This document shows, in pieces, positions 54,867-64,000 of a stretch of DNA of 64,000 bases. The stretch lies in NCBI GenBank assembly GCA_964016885.1, contig OZ024741.1, positions 30,008,001 to 30,072,000 of the forward strand. Reading direction: 5' to 3'. The stretch comes from Eledone cirrhosa (lineage: Eukaryota). Position numbers and translations under genes: made by a program. Positions within the stretch are counted from its first letter, which is position 1, and the number at the start of each line of letters is the position of its first letter. Under the pieces are notes generated by a model. The model ran no database searches. It was not told where the DNA came from and saw only the letters and a list, made by a program, of their open reading frames with translations.

Positions 54867-56076
54867 GGGATAACAAGTTATCGTTTTAGGTAATCCAGTT
54901 AGAGGTTGTGAGTACTCTGTACTATGGATAGTTTTAACGTACGGCGTTGTTTGACTCAACAAGAGGTTTCCTTAGTTAGGTAGCGTGTTTGTGAGAATTC
55001 CCATGCAGGTCATTCTTGGATTAATGGTAGTGAAAGAGTGAAGAATAACATGGTCGGCTGTACAAAAAAGGTTTTACTTACAGTATTAACAATTGTTTCA
55101 TTGATCCGGTGAGTGGAGGGTGTTTTAAATCAACATAATAAATCTCCCATCATTCATTCCACTCTCTCTCTATAACCGCATCACCTCCAGTAAGATAAAA
55201 CAATCAGTCTGCCAGACCTTAATCACCCGTATATCATCTCTGCCCCTTTCACTTTTTATTCTCTATCTATCTATCTACTCCTTCCCCGTCCTTAGTCCTA
55301 CTCTTTATGTCTCATCCTCGAATCCTTATCCAAACTATCTGTCTCCTGTCCCTTATCTCTCCTTCTCTTACTTATTTCTTATTTTTTATTTTTTATCTTT
55401 TATTTTAATCCTCTGAGATTTGACTGTACCTCTTGCATTAATACTACATATCATGTATTTCGTATTTCTTTTCATGTTATTGTTATCTTACCGTCATCAC
55501 TATTTTACACATCCACTTACTCACCATAAGGGCGGTGGTTGGCAGTATCGGTAGAGGGTCGGATGCCATGCTTTGACGTATAGAGTTACGGCCCTTGCCA
55601 TTCTGAGTTCAAATCCCGCCGAGGTTAACTTTGCCTTTCATCCTTACGGGGGTTGATAAAATAAAGTACCAGTAATGTACTGGGATAATTTCTGGCCTTG
55701 TGCCAAGCGTAGAAACAATGATAACTTCAACTACCACCACCACTACTACTATCAGCAACGGTATTCTGTACTGATTTTTTACTTATTTTTTACATCTTTA
55801 TCATTTTCATTTTCACTTCTTTATTATTATCCTTTATTATTGATGTTATTGTTTTCATTCACTTGATTCTCCGATGTATCTATAAATACCAATGCCTTGT
55901 GTCACACCATCCGGTATTCCGATGATTTGATCAGAGACACACACTGTATTTAAGGTCGAGTGACGCAACTTCGAGTGATTAACGGCCTTTAGACTCACCT
56001 GATCAATGAAACAATTGTTAATACTGTAAATAAACCCCTTTTGTACAGCCGACCATGTTATTCTTCACTCTTTAAC
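54867..56076. mobile_element. Fold-back PLE-terminus insert with long-stem-II hammerhead, interrupted by a SINE
   Basis: 55030-55114 pairs with 55993-56075. Hammerhead at 55912-56026: cggtatt-CCGATGA-tttgatcag...ctgatcaat-GAAA-caattg-tta-atactg. Confidence 0.7.
55531..55720 (+). mobile_element. tRNA-derived SINE (family A)
   Basis: ggcggtggttggcagtatcggtagag..gagttcaaatcccgccgagg..core. Confidence 0.85.
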
Positions 56077-56099
56077 TATATATATATGTGCGTGTGTGA

Positions 56100-56485
56100 T
56101 TTTAAACATTTTGCAGACTTTAACAGAGCATGTTAATGCAGCCAATTAATGAAAATCCTTTACTTAGAATAAATGAACCTGGAAAATTAGGAGTGCCTGC
56201 TTTTGTATCATTCTGTATCACAATGTATTTTTCTTTAAGTATAGTTTTTCCAATAACCCCCATTCTTTAAATCCATCAACCAATGACCTCCACCTATCCC
56301 AATCACCACCTTCCCCTACCACTAGAAAATGTATAAATATTACATTGACAGTCGGCTTTCAGGGTGATTTCCTTTGAAAGAAACAGTTGCAGTCTTATAG
56401 AAGCAATTTCTATATTGAATATTTATACTCTGCTATGTATTGAGTACCTTACTTATTGTGCTTAACCCCGATTGAACCTGGGATA
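56100..56485 (+). mobile_element. Diverged copy of the 31839-32410 family terminus
   Basis: atcaaccaatgacct..cctaccact; decayed hammerhead ~56355-56404; the tail matches the reverse complement of 31841-31915. Confidence 0.65.
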
Positions 56486-56500
56486 CACATACATATGTAT

Positions 56501-56683
56501 ATAATTGTTTCTACTCTTGGCCAAGGCCAGCAATTACGCCAGTGTATTACAGGTACTTTATTTTATCGACCCAGTAAGGATGAAAGGCAAAGTTAACCTC
56601 GGCGGGATTTGAACTCAGACCATAAAGGGCCGTAACTCTTTGCTGCAAAGGATGGCGTCCGAACCTCTACCGATACTGCCAAT
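56501..56683 (-). mobile_element. tRNA-derived SINE (family A)
   Basis: Same core as the other copies. Confidence 0.85.
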
Positions 56684-57059
56684 AATAAAAATAAGTGCAT
56701 ATTCTTCCAATATATTGAGTAACTTTTTTATTTTTCAACTGATTTTACCCACGACACAAATCGGTAATCCACACACACACACACACACGCACACACATAC
56801 ACACACACGCACACACACGCACACACACACACACACGACTTTTATAAATGGCGCAAGCCGGAGCATTATATATTAAAAAATATCGGAGGCCATATTCAGT
56901 TGATTCAGATTTATTCACAGCTCTGTTATACATATTTTTCCGATGAATATCAGTTATGAAAGTTCCATAAAGAAAAATCGTAACATTTAAAACAATCCAA
57001 TAACTTCCTTGGAAATAATTTTTCTTTTCTTGATACAGGCGGCCGTGTTGTTGTTCCTT

Positions 57060-57290
57060 GAAACGTCTCTTCAAATACCGGTCGCGCTCCGTCAGGTTTG
57101 CTGTTGTACCCTTGGTAGTGGAGACTTCTGGTGTCCTCGGCCCTAGGGCTACCTCCCTACTCGCCACCATAGGCGCTTAGCTGACCAGCCGCAGGTGTGA
57201 GCCCCGCGAATTGGAATGGCTTTTCCAGCGCGTCCCCCTTGCCGTCCTCCGGGGAAACGCCTTCTCTATTCTGTCGGCCGGGGCTGTGGA
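57060..57290 (+). mobile_element. CRE-like retrotransposon 3' fragment
   Basis: KYRS..VVPLVVETSGVLGPRATSLLATIG..ELEWLFQRVPLAVLRGNAFSILS. Confidence 0.7.
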
Positions 57291-57897
57291 GAAGCCACCA
57301 ACATGATTGACTGACTTGTCATTTCTTCAGTCAGATGTTTTTAGACCCGTTATATGAATAACATTCTTTCATTACACCTGATTTGTTAATCAGCCGAGAG
57401 AATGAAAAAGAAGGCAGAGTAATTAATTTCAGCTCTTATTGTTTATTTCCATGAAAGTATCTGGGTCAGTCTATTAATTTTCCTGACCCACGTACACGTT
57501 TGAATGTGTTGTGATTTCTATGATTCTACAACATGGAATGAGGGAGACTTGGCTGCTATACTTCCACATCACAACGTCTTTAAAAGGGGTTCATTTCTAA
57601 CATTGGAATGGTTTTTATGATATATCAGCTGTATTCATTGCAAACGACAATCATCATCTTGTATGGGTGATTTGACTTCATTCCAGTTCGACCACTGGCT
57701 CAATCAACAATATTGAACTTAACGATAACAAATGATTTTTCAGCGTGTCGAATTGAAATTCGTTATTTAAATGAGATGGAGACAGATAGACTGGTGAAAT
57801 ATAGCTTCCGGAACTATATTTTAGAAATCTAGAAATCTCATTGCTTCGCAATATACGGATACGTTATAAACAGAGACGGGTAGTAGAGAATGAGAGG

Positions 57898-57964
<67 letters not shown>

Positions 57965-58131
57965 GTGTGTGTGTATAGGTGTATTATAAAGGGAGAGGGA
58001 AGGGCCAACAGAAGTCATTTTGATGTTATAGTAGTTGTTTATTTATGCGCAGTTGAGTCGTTATTGCGAATTAAAGGGGTTCCAGCTATAAGGTTCCAGC
58101 TATAAGGTTTCAATTATAAAATATGCACTTC

Positions 58132-58365
58132 ATGGCGGTGGAGTGGCAGTATTTGTAGAGCGTCAGACGCCATGCTTTGTGGCACAGAGTTACGGCGCTT
58201 TACCTTCTGCGTTGTACCTTCGTCCGTCAAGGTTAGCTTTGCCTTTCATCTTTACAGGGTCGATAAAATAAAGTACCAGTAATGCACTAGGGTCGATTTC
58301 TTCGACTTCCCGTCCCCCTACAATTGTTGGTCTTGTGGGTCTTGTCCCTAAATCGGAAACACTTA
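58132..58365 (+). mobile_element. tRNA-derived SINE (family A, longer variant)
   Basis: Core plus an extra ggtcgatttcttcgacttccc segment. Confidence 0.8.
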
Positions 58366-58581
58366 TTAAGACAAGGATTTGGAGAAGGTTTCGACAGCAT
58401 TTATAACACACAGCGCTAATGTAGAGTTGAAAAAATGATATTTACCAATACTAGATATTTCCAAAAAAGAAAAGAATATAAACAATAAGGATATAAAAAA
58501 CAACAACATAAAATAAAATTTAAGTCCTGGGATTAAAGAAAAAAGTCATATAAATCGGTTTCAATAATTATTAACTCTACT

Positions 58582-58795
58582 GGGCGGTGGACTGACAGGA
58601 CTGGTAGAGCGTCGGATAGGATGCTTTATGGCATAGAGTTACGGCCCGTTACGATCTGAGTTAAAATCATGCCGAGGTAAACTTTCAGTTTTATCCTCAT
58701 GGGGTCCATAAAATAAAGTACCAGTAATGCATTGGCGGCAATTTAGTCGATTTTCCCTTCCCCAAAATGGCTTTGTGCTTAAATCAGAAACCAAT
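58582..58795 (+). mobile_element. tRNA-derived SINE (family A, longer variant)
   Basis: Diverged core plus the extra segment. Confidence 0.75.
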
Positions 58796-59559
58796 AATTT
58801 TTTTAACTCTACTATATTCTGATATATTCTGACTTATTATAACCACGACGTTTAGGCCGTTCACAGTTGTGGTATTTTCAGGTGGAGGGGGGTGCCATAA
58901 ACTGTCATGTCTTCTAACTTTGTCAGTTATTTAACCCAACAGGGTGGACTTTTTCATTCCGATATCTATGCCAGGCGTATCCCGTATCCTCGTATTAAGA
59001 AAAAATGTTATTTGTGAAGTCACTTGCTTGTTCCGCATAAACTAGAGCATTACATACACTAAGACAGTAATTGAACTCACGATATCACGATTAACTAACA
59101 GTCAAATGGAAAAGTAATGTTGGTGTGGTTTAGAGTTGGCTTCAGGTTGGACCCATGTTACTCTTTGTAATTTTATAACAGTTTAGGATGATAAAGCAGC
59201 GGTTAGGTGGTGCAAGTTCTCAAACCATTTGTTGAGATGTATGGTTAAACGTTTTTTTAACTGTCTAAAGTATAAACGTATAGTAGTAGAATATGTAATC
59301 TCCATGCTTTCTATTATAACGATGTCTTCTAGTGCAGTGGGTTTAGTGATAGAATATTAAATACTACTAGGACTTGCAACAGAAAAGCTAGGATACATAG
59401 AAACATTGCTTGTTATATTCTACAATAAAATGCAGACAAAGCGATATTATTTTTGTTACTACATAGACATTGGTCCAAGGAAATCGATACAATAGTAATA
59501 AATCTGTTATGATCGCATATTCTATTTCACCTAATTTAGCGTGGAATATTGCAATCTCT

Positions 59560-60350
59560 TACATTGTTAAATGAAAAAGTTCCAACAGACTGGACATTGA
59601 ATGAACTAGACCCTTTGTATATAACTTTACGGAATACTACACTCTCCAATATTTTGCCTCCATAAAGAAACCGTCTACGAATACAATTTAGAGATCAAAT
59701 CTAAATATAAGGCATATATCGGCAATACGGATAACAACTTCAAGCAATCCCACAATCAACATCTGATCTCTGTTCATGTCCAAGCGCGAAATAATGCTAA
59801 TGTACAAAAGGTAAAGATATCTTTCTGTCACGAATGACCATGGGATTTGCAAATAGAAAGTTCCTCACAGAGGCACAAGTCCAGGCAAGGTTGTTTGTGT
59901 AAGACCAGCAGTCGCCCATGTATACTAGTCTCGCCTCTCCATGCCACCGATGTTGTCCAAAGAAAAGGCAATGGCCGATACAGCTTGGCACCAGTGACAT
60001 CGCATCTCATTTCTACAGTTGAGTGAAGTGGAACAACATGAAATAAAATGTCTTGCTCAAGAACAAAACGCAAAGCCCTGTCCGAGAATCGAACTCACAA
60101 CCTCGTTATTGTAAGCCCGACGCTCCATCCACGAAACCATGAGTCTTTTGTTAATATGCTTTCAACAACATATCGTGACTGAAGGATTACGACCCCTTGT
60201 AGAGGAGCAGAGCGAGTCCCTTAGTATAAACAGACAACAGAAAACAATATGACCTCCGTACAGCAGAAACTAACTTAATGCCGTTCACCAAAAGCAATCT
60301 ATTGAATGAAAAATATGAGAAAGTCATTGCGTGTAGACTTAATATCTACA
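59560..60350 (+). mobile_element. Old PLE GIY-YIG remnant split by a SINE
   Basis: From 59655: CLHKETVYEYNLEIKSKYKAYIGNTDNNFKQSHNQH. After the SINE: NLLNEKYEKVIACR. Confidence 0.55.
59800..60146 (-). mobile_element. tRNA-derived SINE (family B)
   Basis: catggtttcgtggatggagcgtcgg (A box), gagttcgattctc (B box), ttcttgagcaagacatttta central domain. Confidence 0.75.
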
Positions 60351-60896
60351 AGTGATACAAAGGTCAACACACAATGCTGGATCCTAATTGATAAAGCGAT
60401 GATTCCAATGCCATTATGGGTTGGTGTCCAATGTTTGGACACTTATGATACACCTGGAATCCCAATAATGTGAATAAATATATTATACAACTAAAAATTG
60501 ATATAGAGATAGACAATCAAACAATGCTTAAGAAATATTCACAGGGAAATTTGCACTATTACAAGCCTAAAATTAACTTTCGAGAATCACATTGTTAGTG
60601 TCAAAGATTTTTGTGAACATGAAAGCTAATGCCACCCCACACATCCACGCACACACACATAAATCTTTCACCATAGCTGTCCATAACTTATGAAGGCATA
60701 GAAGCGTGCTTGTGAATTACAGCGTACACTAGCCACTGGAAAGACGAGAAGCCAGAGATGGAAATATAAAGATATGAAATGTATGTGTGTGTGTGTATGT
60801 ATGTACGTATGCATGTACGTATGTATGTGCGTATACATGTATATATATATATATATATATGATCGATATAAGCAGCCGTGTATATATACATACACA

Positions 60897-61028
<132 letters not shown>

Positions 61029-61304
61029 CACACATATATATCTATATATATATATATATACACGGGTGCTTATATCGATTTTGTGTTAACGCATCTCATG
61101 TGCGTGCATACTTATCGAAAATAACTATGCTCATACATACGTAACTAAACATACGTACCCACATACACACACATGCAATCACACAAAGAGATGTGTGCAC
61201 CCCCCTCTCTCTCTCTATATATATATATATGTGTACACATATATATGAATATATAAATATATGAATACACACACACACACATAAACTCACCCACACACAC
61301 ACGC

Positions 61305-61335
<31 letters not shown>

Positions 61336-61719
61336 GATACATACATATAAACCTGATGGCTGTCAACAACATTCTGTGGTGGACGGAGAACAACTACTCT
61401 TGCTTTAGTTGAAATCAAATATCTTATTGAAAAACGTCAGTGAATCAGAAAATAAATCCGCGATCAGAAAAGTTAGATCCAATCCGATCAACTACAGAAA
61501 TCTGGTTGGTTTCAGAGATCGACTCCTCTAATCTCATAAATATGTGTTTCTAATCGTTGATTTGCTGGTTTTTATATTTAGATTTTTGTTGTCTTCAGCA
61601 AGAATTATTTTCTTCTTCATTCCATGTGAGTCGCCAAGGCACCGAAGTAAAGTTAGCTCCATATTCCATATGATATTCTCCTTTATTTCTTACTATTTTT
61701 CATTCGGTAATTTCATTTC

Positions 61720-62090
<371 letters not shown>

Positions 62091-62259
62091 TGTATTATCC
62101 TTAATCCTGCAATCTGGATTTTTGTTTGTTTAATTCAAACGTTATATTATTGTTAGTTGTTAGCTGACCATTTCTCCTTTTCTCTAATAATGTCTGTATA
62201 TATATATATATATATATATTTATGTATGTATACAGGTGTGTGTGTATATATATATATAT

Positions 62260-62338
<79 letters not shown>

Positions 62339-62367
62339 TATATACACATATATATATATATATATAT

Positions 62368-62400
<33 letters not shown>

Positions 62401-62978
62401 GTATTAAGGATACTATTTATGGTTATGTATATACTAAAACTTTTTATAGTTATATATATTTTAAACCCTAAACAGTGAAAGACAGTAATTTATTACTACC
62501 TTATTACCAGTAAGATAAGTAGCTCAATGTAATAACATCAGTTGTTCTACAGAGCAGTTATATAGAATTCACAGCAATCAAAGTTATGTTCAAAACATTT
62601 ATTCACTTACAATTGTTTCATCCAAACCGAGGCTTGATTACTTCGGAGCATTTTTCAATGTTTGTTTACATACATGACCTCCTTTCCAACGCAAGAGACA
62701 TACAGATACACACGTATATATTGATGTACAGTGGGGTGACATGTATTATATTATTTCTGAATGGCAATTTAAATTCATAAATTAAAATCATATTAAAACA
62801 GAATCAAAGCAAAATTAAAATTAAAATACAACATCAGCAGTTAACGTCGATAATGCAAGAGGATAGTTTGTTAGTCAGTTGTATAGTTATTGTATGCATT
62901 AGTTACACGTGGGGCATGCAAGTGTGTCTCATTTATATATGATTATTGTGCGACAGGGTGTTATATGCAATACAAGCA

Positions 62979-63056
<78 letters not shown>

Positions 63057-63060
63057 TATA

Positions 63061-64000
63061 CCTTTGATAACTTTGATAGGTTTCGGCCAGTATTGGCCCA
63101 GGCCAAGTCTAACTTAATAGCACCATCTGACGAAGTCTTACAAATCAGTGTTTGGGCACCATGGCCCACTCGAGCAAAGTGTTATTGTTTACGGAGGCAT
63201 ATCCAGGTGTACGAGGCTTTTCCGGGGTTTCTTGAAGTAATTTATCCAAAGACTTCTTGAACTTGATGGGGTCTGTCGCTGCTTTGGTGTGTTTTGGTGT
63301 AATGTTAAAGAGTGCAGGGCCAATTGAGGTGAAATAATTGTGCCGTATTATTGTTATGTGATGCGAGTGAGATTTTTGTCGTGGGCGGATAGCACGGGGC
63401 CCAAGCCTTGGGTGTACACTAAAGGTGATGCCAACATCATTTGAGCTAAGCTGATGGAATATGTTCCACATCATACAGATAATGTAGCGCTCACGGCGAC
63501 GTTGAAGAGAATAAAGTTTGAGATGTTCTAATCGACTCCAAAAGTCAAGGCCTATCATGCCATCCATCGTTTTTGTAATCGACCTTCGGGGTGCTTCAAC
63601 CTTCATGATACCTTGTCTCGTGTGGGGTGACCACAGTTGACAACAGCACTCAAGGCGGGGTCGGGAAAAAGTGGAGAAGAGAAGGACAACAGTGTGGATA
63701 TCTCTCGACTGGAAAGTTCTGTGAATCCAGGAACACATTCTGCGGGCCATATCAATTTTGCTGTTTATATGAGTGGCCCAGCCCAACCTACATCGTTCTA
63801 CACAATTACTCCCAGGTCTCTGATGTTATTGAAAGCCACTAGAGTTTCACCCGAAGGAAGAGAGCACGGCAGTTTCATGGCATCCCTTTTTCCAAAGTGG
63901 ATTAGTTCAAATTTATCTTCCTTCAACAGCATATTATTCATTTCTGCCCATTGGATAACAGCAAGTAGGTCTGACTGAAGGCAAGTACGGTCACCCACCT
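63061..64000 (-). mobile_element. CR1/L2-group LINE 3' portion running off the window end
   Basis: LQSDLLAVIQWAEMNNM..DLGVIV; RPRLECCCQLWSPH; LKLYSLQRRRER; 3' tandem (tatcaaag)x2. Confidence 0.85.

Noticed and set aside
60350-60630. Possible restriction-like endonuclease remnant
   Set aside because: Only faint motif resemblance across several frames.

Overview
AT-rich, microsatellite-dense animal genomic DNA. The repeat families and the (TA)n/(CA)n density look cephalopod (Octopus-like); this is an inference. No intact host gene is visible, and most ORFs in the track are microsatellite read-through (YI/HT/CV runs). The window is a nest of mobile elements: at least five Penelope-like element (PLE) remnants with GIY-YIG domains (two bounded by inverted terminal repeats), a near full-length degenerate Tx1/L1-clade LINE plus truncated copies (all bounded by TATC-type repeats), RTE, CR1-like, CRE-like and R4/Dong-like LINE fragments, two non-autonomous Helitrons, a MITE and about 11 tRNA-derived SINEs. 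There may also be a decayed multi-exon discoidin (F5/8 type C)-like gene at about 20.4-29.2 kb (low confidence). The most striking signal is a population of short non-coding inserts sitting in (TA)n tracts. About 20 hammerhead-ribozyme-like motifs (CUGAnGA...GAAA) and about 15 fold-back (inverted-repeat) inserts occur. Several fold-backs turn exactly on a hammerhead helix, and two families occur as tandem or circularly permuted ~330 and ~490 nt units, which resembles retrozymes. All structures were read by eye; none is tested.
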